Below are positions 17,019-24,512 of a DNA stretch of 64,000 bases, one piece after another. The translations under genes and the position numbers were made by a program. Source of the stretch: a virus. The stretch spans positions 11,870 through 75,869 of the IMG/VR virus record IMGVR_UViG_3300025086_000015; one strand, written 5' to 3'. The notes under the pieces were generated by a model. It made no database searches. It was not told the DNA's origin and saw only the letters and a list, made by a program, of their open reading frames with translations. Positions within the stretch are counted from its first letter, which is position 1, and each line of letters begins with the position of its first letter.

Positions 17019-17094
17019 AAATAAAGAATAGTAGAACGTCTTGGATAACAACCTGCAGTGGTAAACCGTAAGGCATGTGGACTATTCTTTATTT
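17019..17094 (+). ncRNA. Structured element D3: 14 bp stem capped by a four-way junction
   Basis: AAATAAAGAATAGT/ACTATTCTTTATTT and ACGT/ATGT stems; small hairpins TTG/CAA, ACC/GGT and CC-GTAA-GG. Confidence 0.5.
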
Positions 17095-17099
17095 TAAAA

Positions 17100-17496
17100 T
17101 ACAGTTGTAAGGTATTTATAGATAAACCTTGTTTTCTAGATAAACAAAACTAATCTTGACACTGATTGACTTGCAAGCAATCACCTATCTGGTTTAAAGA
17201 AGAAACTTTGATTTCATTCTTTACCGTGGATTTAAAATGGTAAACGTGTCCTAAAATATGGATGTGTGTCCATACTGATGATTCCAAAAGGATGAATTTA
17301 GAAAGATTTTGGGGCTTAACCCGATAAGTATAGTAATATACTTAAAGACATAGTGTGGAATCTATGTTGCCAGCAATGGTCAATTTAAGCAAGCAGGATA
17401 CTACACGGCACCAATGGACAAATGTCTGAGGGTATGTGTATCGCTTCTATTTTAGTTGGAGTGATGAGCTAGTGATAGCAATAGGAAATAACTGTA
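17100..17496 (+). ncRNA. Large structured ncRNA candidate D4 (~400 nt)
   Basis: Closing stem TACAGTTGT/ATAACTGTA; more than 10 nested helices; GNRA loops (GTAA, GCAA); no ORF in the track. Confidence 0.6.
17251..17301 (+). ncRNA. Hammerhead-ribozyme-like three-way junction (type III topology, variant core)
   Basis: CTAAA-A-TATGGAT(GTGT)GTCCATA-CTGATGA-TTCC(AAAA)GGAT-GAA-TTTAG. Confidence 0.55.
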
Positions 17497-17500
17497 GATT

Positions 17501-17993
17501 TAGTTTTGAGTTAACTGTCGAGTTAATAAAGAGTATAAATCAGTATGATGGGCAATCTTAGGGAATAAGATATAACCTGAAATACCATAACGATGAAAAG
17601 TTATACTTGAGTAGTTTAGTATTTTGTCTCTCAAAAGGAGGCGAAACTAATGAATAACCGCTACTTGAACCATAAATAATAACAATATTTATACAACTAA
17701 AAAAGAACAAGTGTTGTTCCGTTAAACATTGAAAGATGACTAAGTCTGAACACGTATGCGTATGTGAATTCAGTTGCATTGATCCCTCAAGGTGATATGT
17801 ATTTCAAGTGAAAGTCAGGTATGGGCCCTAGAACCCATCACCTCGTATGAGTAGTTTGTGAGTAAATGTTTATTGTTAAGAGTGGTTAGCTATACTAACC
17901 GTCATTACACAATACTATTGGAGACGATAGTGGATACGTTGCTAACTCATAAGGCAACAAAAGATGTGTACTATTAGCTATAATCTCAGGCTA
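17501..17993 (+). ncRNA. Large structured ncRNA candidate D5 (~490 nt)
   Basis: Long-range stems TAGTTTTGAG/CTCAGGCTA, AGTTAATA/TATTAGCT, GATGGG/CCCATC, ACCTGA/TCAGGT and GAAATAC/GTATTTC; many local hairpins, some with GAAA/GAGA loops. Confidence 0.6.
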
Positions 17994-18022
17994 TATTTTA
18001 TTAACCTTTTAATCTAAATACT

Positions 18023-18160
18023 ATGAACAACAAGAAATTACTCAAGAATATAACTTGGGAGCTCAAAAGAGCTGAAAAATATTGTACAATATCAATGATA
18101 CTAAATGTATTATTTATATTAATAATAGCAATACAAGCAATTCAATTATATATTAACTAA
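18023..18160 (+). CDS. 45 aa single-pass membrane protein
   Basis: MNNKKLLKNITWELKRAEKYCTISMILNVLFILIIAIQAIQLYIN; CTAAATACT leader. Confidence 0.55.
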   Translation: MNNKKLLKNITWELKRAEKYCTISMILNVLFILIIAIQAIQLYIN

Positions 18161-18173
18161 ATACTAAATAAAC

Positions 18174-18317
18174 ATGGAAACAGATCAAAGAATTTTGAAA
18201 AAGAATTTAGAGATAACTAAACTATCTCAACAAGTAGATAAACTAACATCAGAGTTAGTTAATCTAAAAGAAGAGTATAAACAATTAAAAAACAACACTC
18301 ATGAAGAAGAAAGATGA
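18174..18317 (+). CDS. 47 aa coiled-coil protein
   Basis: METDQRILKKNLEITKLSQQVDKLTSELVNLKEEYKQLKNNTHEEER; fills the gap in the operon. Confidence 0.55.
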   Translation: METDQRILKKNLEITKLSQQVDKLTSELVNLKEEYKQLKNNTHEEER

Positions 18318-18594
18318 AGTATGGTACTGTGAAAACAGTAAGGGACAAAAGATTCCACCTTATAAAAGTACTTATATTGTACCTAAACCTAAGAAATGGA
18401 CATTTGAACGTATCTTAAATAGAATAGGTGTTGTCATTGGCATAGCTATGCTTGTAGCTATTGCATTTAGCTTGACATCTTGCGGGTCATTAAAAATGAC
18501 TGAGAAAGATAAACAAGTAAATTATGAAATTGAGAAGTTATATATTAAATATACTTATCAAAGAGATTCAATACTAATCGAGAATTATAAATAA
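18301..18594 (+). CDS. Membrane protein / lipoprotein
   Basis: Hydrophobic helix IGVVIGIAMLVAIAFS followed by an LTS-C lipobox. Confidence 0.6.
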   Translation: MKKKDEVWYCENSKGQKIPPYKSTYIVPKPKKWTFERILNRIGVVIGIAMLVAIAFSLTSCGSLKMTEKDKQVNYEIEKLYIKYTYQRDSILIENYK

Positions 18595-18609
18595 CTTAAA
18601 TATTACATT

Positions 18610-18762
18610 ATGAAAACAAAAACTAAGATTGAAATTAAAACTGAGTTTATACCTATAGTAGGGTTAGCAGCTGGTTACAGGTCGCGTGAATTAATATTTG
18701 TATTACCATTTATATCTATTGAGATAAATTTTGGTAAACGTAAAGATAAATACGACTTATGA
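18610..18762 (+). CDS. 50 aa hypothetical protein
   Basis: MKTKTKIEIKTEFIPIVGLAAGYRSRELIFVLPFISIEINFGKRKDKYDL; ATGA overlap with the next gene. Confidence 0.55.
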   Translation: MKTKTKIEIKTEFIPIVGLAAGYRSRELIFVLPFISIEINFGKRKDKYDL

Positions 18763-18959
18763 TGGCAGAACTGTTTCAAGTGTGTGTTGACTTGTTAAGA
18801 GACTTGTCATCATACCTTGGATGTACTTATGAAGAAATAAATATTATTATATTTATTATTCTACATCCAACGATCACATTACATTTTATCCTTAAATATA
18901 GAAAAGCTAATAAAGAATTTTATAAACTAAGAGAAATGTACTGGAAACTTAAAAATTAA
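18759..18959 (+). CDS. Small membrane protein
   Basis: 66 aa; LFQVCVDLL...GCTYEEINIIIFIILHP. Confidence 0.65.
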   Translation: MMAELFQVCVDLLRDLSSYLGCTYEEINIIIFIILHPTITLHFILKYRKANKEFYKLREMYWKLKN

Positions 18960-18977
18960 TCTAACCTAAATACTATT

Positions 18978-19241
18978 ATGAAAGAAACCAAAATTATTAC
19001 TATCACATATGAGTGTGACGCTTATGGTAATCACGATTGTCTTGTTGAGGCAATCTGTGATACCAGTGAGCAACAATTTACAGATAAAATGGACGCTATT
19101 CATTTTATTGGTGAGTGTACATCTTGCAAGCATAACTTAAAAGACATACATCCAGATCTCTTCTTCTGGGAAAATAATGAAGAACAACATGATATTCCTA
19201 ACAAGGTGTTAGAAGAATATAGAATTAACAATAATTATTAA
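18978..19241 (+). CDS. Hypothetical Cys/His-rich protein
   Basis: 87 aa; CxxC; CTAAATACT leader. Confidence 0.6.
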   Translation: MKETKIITITYECDAYGNHDCLVEAICDTSEQQFTDKMDAIHFIGECTSCKHNLKDIHPDLFFWENNEEQHDIPNKVLEEYRINNNY

Positions 19242-19260
19242 TAAACAAAAACAATTAAAC

Positions 19261-19854
19261 ATGGACAAGAAAAATGAGTTAAACAGTGGATCATTAGATA
19301 CACTAAAAGTAGGTGAAACATTATTGATTTCAGCTAGACAAATTAACAATGGTAAAATATCATTAGAATTTGCAGAGAAAATAACAGCTAAAGATAGACC
19401 AGTTAGTGCATTAACAGTATTAAATGCAAGTGATGATAGATTTAGTTCAGGTGCTAGACGTGGTTGGGCAACTGCAGAACCATTAGATGCATCTAAAGCA
19501 TTTGATGTAAATTTTGGTGATGATGGTGAATGGTATACATCTGAAAGAGGTGAAATGATGGATTTAGATATTTTAAATCCTACATTTAATGATGTTAGAT
19601 TTAGAGTTCAAATTACAGAAACAACTGAGCCAACGGAATGGCAGGCTGAAAATCTGGAAAGAGCTGCTAAACGTGCAGGTAAAGATGGAGATTATATTAC
19701 ACATAAAGGTGATTATATTTTCTCTAACTCTGATATAATATTATTACCAGAAGGAGAGGATGCTAACCATACATGGTTAACACCAGACACAGAAAGAATG
19801 GCTTCTAAGACAAAAGTTGTTGTAGAAGCAGATGAGGTTGAGGATATGATGTAA
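19261..19854 (+). CDS. Hypothetical acidic protein (possible ssDNA-binding protein)
   Basis: 197 aa; acidic C-terminal tail VEADEVEDMM. The function is a guess. Confidence 0.55.
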   Translation: MDKKNELNSGSLDTLKVGETLLISARQINNGKISLEFAEKITAKDRPVSALTVLNASDDRFSSGARRGWATAEPLDASKAFDVNFGDDGEWYTSERGEMMDLDILNPTFNDVRFRVQITETTEPTEWQAENLERAAKRAGKDGDYITHKGDYIFSNSDIILLPEGEDANHTWLTPDTERMASKTKVVVEADEVEDMM

Positions 19855-19872
19855 ATAAAATAAATACATTAC

Positions 19873-19903
19873 TTGCATAATGTACTTATTTTTCATATAT
19901 TTG
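19873..19903 (+). promoter_or_regulatory. Bacteroidota-type promoter (-33 TTG / -7 TATATTTG)
   Basis: TTG at 19873-19875, 20 nt spacer, TATATTTG at 19896-19903. Confidence 0.7.
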
Positions 19904-20032
19904 TGGCAGATTTAGATATAGACTATAAAAGTTTTATTTATATACTGCCATAAATAATTGAAACTGAGCATCTTAAATTCAAAACCAAAACAGTCACCAC
20001 AGACTATAAAAGGAGTATTTAGTAGATGATAT

Positions 20033-20066
20033 AGAGAGGGCTTCTTCATAAGGGAGCTCTCTTTTT
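20033..20066 (+). terminator. Rho-independent terminator
   Basis: GAGGGCTTCTT-CATA-AGGGAGCTCTC stem-loop with G-U pairs, followed by TTTTT. Confidence 0.65.
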
Positions 20067-20105
20067 ATCTATATACTCAAACAAACATTAATTAAAACAA
20101 GTATT

Positions 20106-20354
20106 ATGGGACATATGAAATGGATCTTCGACATGATTGTAGACGGATCATATGAAGATTTTAAAAAAGAATATATTAAATGTGTATTAACAAAACAAGA
20201 CACATTTAATTGGGGCAGTAAAAATATTGCCAAAAGTTATGGTAAGAGTGTGGTTAAATATGTAGATGAACATTTAATACATGAATACGACAAACATATT
20301 GATCAATGCATTGAATCAGAAGCAACAATGCGTGAATCATATGCAAATTATTAA
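20106..20354 (+). CDS. Hypothetical protein
   Basis: 82 aa; A-rich leader. Confidence 0.6.
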   Translation: MGHMKWIFDMIVDGSYEDFKKEYIKCVLTKQDTFNWGSKNIAKSYGKSVVKYVDEHLIHEYDKHIDQCIESEATMRESYANY

Positions 20355-20369
20355 TTTAAATATATAATC

Positions 20370-20513
20370 ATGGATAGACATAGAAAAACGATTAGCATTA
20401 TCTGCATAACAGTGGTTCTGTTATTGATAGTATGGAATTGCTTTTCACCTAAACAATCTCCTATAGTTTCTGATGAAGATTTAAAAGAACTTATAAAATT
20501 AACATCAGAATGA
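20370..20513 (+). CDS. 47 aa membrane protein
   Basis: MDRHRKTISIICITVVLLLIVWNCFSPKQ...; ATGA overlap with polA. Confidence 0.55.
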   Translation: MDRHRKTISIICITVVLLLIVWNCFSPKQSPIVSDEDLKELIKLTSE

Positions 20514-22411
20514 TTACGTTAGTAGATAATACAATAGCCAACCTACCTACATCACATTATCAGTTGGGAACGATTGATGATGTGGTGAGCTATTGTGCTG
20601 ATAAAACAGTATTAGGGGTAGATACAGAGACTGAAGGATTTGATTTTACATGTAAGAAAATGATTATGTTTCAAATTGGAGATGAGAATCAACAGTTTGT
20701 GATAGATACTAGAGTAGTTAGTATTGAACCGTTACGAAATATATTAGAGAGCAGAGAAATTATAAAAATATTTCACAATGCTAAATTTGATTATAAATTT
20801 ATTCGTAGATGGGCAGATATTAAATGTGAAGGTATTTACGACACATTCTTAACAGAACTAGTTATTAGTTGTGGTAAGAGTTTAGGTTATGGGCTTAAAG
20901 ATTTATGTAAACGCTATTTAAATGTAGACTTAAATAAAGAAGTTCGTAATCAGTTTATAGGTTTAACTGGACAACCATTTAGATCTGATCAGATAGTTTA
21001 TGGTGCTAAAGATGTAGAGTATTTATGTAAGATTAAAAACTTACAACAGCCTGATATAGATAAGTATAAATTACAAAATGTAGTTAACTTAGAAAATGAA
21101 GCTGTACTTGCATTTGCAGACATGGAGTATAATGGATTAGATTTAGATGTACTTGAATGGAATAAACTTGAACAAGGTAATAAAGAAGGAGCATTAGCTT
21201 TAAGTAATGAATTAGATTTAATGATTACAGAAGATGCTAGATTACAAAGATTTGTAAAGAAATATGTACAATCAGACATGTTTACACCAATTGAAGATAT
21301 AAGAAAAATTGATGTTAAATGGTCATCTCCTAAACAGGTTCTTGAAGTTTTTCAAGTACTTGTTCCAGGACTCGACAATGTTAACGGTAAACAGATGTAC
21401 AAATATCGCTTTAAGCTTCCACTTATTGATAAATATGTAAAATATAAGGAAGCTATGAAGTTATGTACATCATATGGTGATGCATTTCTTAAGAATTTGT
21501 CAGGAGACAACAAGATCCATACAGGTTTTCATCAAATACTAGACACAGGGCGGGTAAGCTCTTCCAAACCTAACATGCAGCAGATACCTGCTGATAATAG
21601 ATTTAGGAATTGCTTTACTGCACCATCAGGTTGGAAATATGTAAGTGCAGATTATTCTTCACAAGAGTTGAATGTCATCGCTTTTGGTAGTAACGATCCA
21701 GTTTGGATAAATGCATTGAAGAATGACGAGGATTTACACTCAACTTGTGCTGAATTAGTATACGGTGAAACATGGATGAACAGTGGTGAAGATGATTGCG
21801 CTTACTTTGAACGTAGAGGTAAGTGCAATTGTCCATCACATAAAAAACTAAGAACAAATGTTAAAACTATTAATTTTGGTCTGGCTTATGGTATGGGCCC
21901 TAATAAGCTTTCTGATACTCTTAATATTAGTGTGGATGAAGCTAAAGGGCTTATCGAAAAGTATTTCACGGCCTTCCCAGCAATCAAAGGATTCTTAGAG
22001 AAACTAGGCAATTTTGGTAAAAGGTATGGTTATATTAAAACATTTCCACCTTATAACAGAAGGCGTTGGTTTACTAATTGGTATCCTAAAATATGGGACA
22101 ACAAATCATCAGTTATGGAGCTTGGCAGTATAGAGCGTGCTAGTAAAAATACGCCTATACAAGGAGCTAGTGCAGACATGACTAAAAAAGCTTTGGTTTT
22201 ATTACGTAGCTTAATAAAAGAAAACAAGTTAGAAAACCAAGTTAAATTAGTAATGACTGTACATGACCAGATAGATACTATATGTGAGAGTAGATTTGCA
22301 GATAGTTGGGGTCGATTGATGAAAATGACAATGGAAGAAGCTGCATTGGAAATAGTAACAAACGGTTTGCTAAAAGCTGAAGTAACAATTAGCAACTGTT
22401 GGGAAAAATAA
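20510..22411 (+). CDS. polA: Family A DNA polymerase with 3'-5' exonuclease domain
   Basis: Exo motifs DTET, HNAKFD and YGAKD; TGRVSSSKPNMQQIP; motif A DYSSQEL, motif B KTINFGLAYG, motif C VHDQI. Confidence 0.95.
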   Translation: MITLVDNTIANLPTSHYQLGTIDDVVSYCADKTVLGVDTETEGFDFTCKKMIMFQIGDENQQFVIDTRVVSIEPLRNILESREIIKIFHNAKFDYKFIRRWADIKCEGIYDTFLTELVISCGKSLGYGLKDLCKRYLNVDLNKEVRNQFIGLTGQPFRSDQIVYGAKDVEYLCKIKNLQQPDIDKYKLQNVVNLENEAVLAFADMEYNGLDLDVLEWNKLEQGNKEGALALSNELDLMITEDARLQRFVKKYVQSDMFTPIEDIRKIDVKWSSPKQVLEVFQVLVPGLDNVNGKQMYKYRFKLPLIDKYVKYKEAMKLCTSYGDAFLKNLSGDNKIHTGFHQILDTGRVSSSKPNMQQIPADNRFRNCFTAPSGWKYVSADYSSQELNVIAFGSNDPVWINALKNDEDLHSTCAELVYGETWMNSGEDDCAYFERRGKCNCPSHKKLRTNVKTINFGLAYGMGPNKLSDTLNISVDEAKGLIEKYFTAFPAIKGFLEKLGNFGKRYGYIKTFPPYNRRRWFTNWYPKIWDNKSSVMELGSIERASKNTPIQGASADMTKKALVLLRSLIKENKLENQVKLVMTVHDQIDTICESRFADSWGRLMKMTMEEAALEIVTNGLLKAEVTISNCWEK

Positions 22412-22605
22412 ATAGAGGGGAGGTTAGTAATTTAAAGGGCGCTATTGCCCAACATAACTCAGCGGTTATACTTTGTGAACAATTACAATTCCTCCCCTTT
22501 ATTTTAATATATACGAGGGGGCTACGGGCATAAAGGATATAGAACTACACGAAGTAGTGACTAGTCTACAACCAGGTTAATACTTTGTCTAGCCCCTAAG
22601 TATAA
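22410..22605 (+). ncRNA. Two adjacent multi-branched stem structures after polA
   Basis: AATAGAGGGGAGG/CCTCCCCTTTATT enclosing GGGCG/TGCCC and ATAACT/GGTTAT; GGGGCTA/TAGCCCC enclosing ACTAC/GTAGT. Confidence 0.45.
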
Positions 22606-22621
22606 CTATAAAATATAAAAC

Positions 22622-22879
22622 ATGGATAAAAAATTAGTAGAAGCATTTGTATTAGAATGTAAACAAGAACAAGAGTGGAAAGAAAGATTCAAAGCTAATC
22701 ACATTGATTTTAATGACTACTTTAAATATAGTGGTAAGATTGAAGAGGTTAGTGATGAGTATAAAGAATATTTAGGAGCACAAACTTATGCTGCAATTAA
22801 AGCAACTGTAAGAGAATCAGCTGGTAGAAAGGAGTACTTTAGACAATACTGGTTAAAATATAAATTAAATCAAATATAA
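22622..22879 (+). CDS. Hypothetical protein
   Basis: 85 aa ORF in the operon. Confidence 0.6.
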   Translation: MDKKLVEAFVLECKQEQEWKERFKANHIDFNDYFKYSGKIEEVSDEYKEYLGAQTYAAIKATVRESAGRKEYFRQYWLKYKLNQI

Positions 22880-22880
22880 T

Positions 22881-23144
22881 ATGAAAAAGATAAGACAAAC
22901 TCAAGTAGATTCATTCAATGAATTGAAAAAAGACATGAGTGACAGACAAAAATCTGTATACTCTGTTCTACTTGTGCATGGAGACTGCACAAATAGAGAA
23001 TTAGCTAGATATTTAGGATGGGATATAAATAGAGTAACAGGTAGAGTTACAGAACTAGTAAATCTAGGGATGGTAAATACAAATGGAACTAGATTTGATC
23101 ATGAAACTAATAGAACAGTTACACTATGGAAAGTATCGAAATGA
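22881..23144 (+). CDS. Winged-helix DNA-binding protein
   Basis: TNRELARYLGWDINRVTGRVTELVNLGMV. Confidence 0.75.
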   Translation: MKKIRQTQVDSFNELKKDMSDRQKSVYSVLLVHGDCTNRELARYLGWDINRVTGRVTELVNLGMVNTNGTRFDHETNRTVTLWKVSK

Positions 23145-24289
23145 AAAAGATAAATGCAATAAGAGATAAACAGCAAAGACTTGCATTGAATTCTTGGGCA
23201 CAGAGTGACTTTAAAGGCTCTGTTATTGCTGGTACAGGTTTTGGTAAATCTAGGTGTGGTGTGTTAGCAGTAGAGCACGCACTTAAAAATGGAGGTAAAG
23301 CTTTATTGCTTGTTCCTACTACTCAACTACAAGATCAGTTTATAGAAGAGTTTAACAAATGGGGTGTAAGTACTGAAAATGTAGAAGTTTTATGTTATCA
23401 GAGTGCTTATAAGTTAAAAGACAAACATTATGATATAGTTGTGTGTGACGAGGTCCATTTAGGATTGAGTATTAAATATCGTGAGTTTTTTGTAAATAAT
23501 ACTTATGATAAACTATTATGTATGACTGCTACATTGCCAGAAGAGCCTGAATACAAAGTAAAATTACACATGTTAGCACCTACTGTATATGAAATTTCAT
23601 TAGACCAATGTGTAGCATTAGGTATTGTTGCTCCATATAAAATATACTGCAAACCTTTAGAACTAACACCTACAGAAGCACAAGATTATAAAAGTATAAA
23701 TAATAAATTTATTTATTATAAATATAAACTTGGGCAATTTGACGCCTTTAATGAAGCTAAAAGAATAATATCTGATAAAAATGCTAGTGGAGAAGAGAAA
23801 GCTAGTGCAGCTCAATTTTACAGATGTATAAGAGAGCGTAAAAAGATAGTAGACTTTGCTGCAAATAAAATAACAGAGTTTCAAAATCTTGTTAAGTCTA
23901 ACTTAGATAAGAAAATATTAGCATTTTCTGGAGCTAATGAATTTACAGATAAATTATGTGATTCTGTAGATCCTTATAGTGTTGCGTATCACAGTAAAAA
24001 GACCAAAAAACAAAAAGCAAGTGCCTTAGAAGCATTTAACGATGGGTCTAAAAATGTATTGTGTTCAACAAAAGCATTAAATCAAGGTTTTGATGTTCCT
24101 GATGCTAATATGGGGATTATATGTGGTTTAACTAGTAAATCTTTATCTATGATACAACGTGTAGGTAGGTTAATTAGATTTCAAGAAGGTAAAGTTGGGG
24201 ACATATATATACTGTATGTTAAGAATAGTCAAGAAGAAAAATGGCTAAAAAGTGCAGTAAAAAATTTAAATAATATTAATTGGCTTTAG
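23126..24289 (+). CDS. SF2 helicase (UvsW / type III Res-like)
   Basis: GTGFGKS, DEVH, TAT, QGFDVPD and QRVGRLIR motifs. Confidence 0.9.
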   Translation: MESIEMKKINAIRDKQQRLALNSWAQSDFKGSVIAGTGFGKSRCGVLAVEHALKNGGKALLLVPTTQLQDQFIEEFNKWGVSTENVEVLCYQSAYKLKDKHYDIVVCDEVHLGLSIKYREFFVNNTYDKLLCMTATLPEEPEYKVKLHMLAPTVYEISLDQCVALGIVAPYKIYCKPLELTPTEAQDYKSINNKFIYYKYKLGQFDAFNEAKRIISDKNASGEEKASAAQFYRCIRERKKIVDFAANKITEFQNLVKSNLDKKILAFSGANEFTDKLCDSVDPYSVAYHSKKTKKQKASALEAFNDGSKNVLCSTKALNQGFDVPDANMGIICGLTSKSLSMIQRVGRLIRFQEGKVGDIYILYVKNSQEEKWLKSAVKNLNNINWL

Positions 24290-24300
24290 CCTATAAAAAA

Positions 24301-24332
24301 TTTGATTATGATACAAGAAACTATTATATTTG
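24301..24332 (+). promoter_or_regulatory. Bacteroidota-type promoter (-33 TTTG / -7 TATATTTG)
   Basis: TTTG at 24301-24304, 20 nt spacer, TATATTTG at 24325-24332; upstream of the replication genes. Confidence 0.7.
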
Positions 24333-24511
24333 CCATCCTTTTATATTTAATAGCTACAAATTCGTTTTGTAAATTATTTATAGATCAATACGGTATATAT
24401 TTAATCTTAAAGAAGAAAGATTATATATCTACACCAACGGGGATAACAGAGCAAGAGAAAATAAAAATTAAAACATTGATTCAATTTACGAATCAACAAA
24501 AACCATTTTAA
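24302..24511 (+). CDS. Possible small membrane protein (overlaps the promoter)
   Basis: 69 aa track ORF with a hydrophobic N-terminus; start uncertain. Confidence 0.35.
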   Translation: MIMIQETIIFAILLYLIATNSFCKLFIDQYGIYLILKKKDYISTPTGITEQEKIKIKTLIQFTNQQKPF

Positions 24512-24512
24512 T

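Noticed and set aside
17555-17585. AAGATATAACC resembling the group I intron S element
   Set aside because: AAGAT is used in the ATCTTA/TAAGAT hairpin, no matching R element precedes it, and no interrupted gene flanks the region; cmscan would settle it
16891-17779. Minus-strand ORFs 16891-17076 and 17558-17779
   Set aside because: They run against the local gene direction, lack a typical leader and look non-protein-like; the region is better explained by plus-strand RNA structure
15900-18000. CRISPR array or tRNA cluster in the non-coding region
   Set aside because: No direct repeats with regular spacers; no TTCGAATC-type T-loop, acceptor stem or CCA end found; no cas genes in the window
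22255-22275. PolA motif C reads HDQ rather than HDE
   Set aside because: The catalytic Asp is retained and all other motifs are intact; a minor variant, not evidence of inactivation
10862-22411. Introns or inteins in terL or polA
   Set aside because: Both have normal lengths and contiguous motifs, with no intein ends or homing endonuclease motifs
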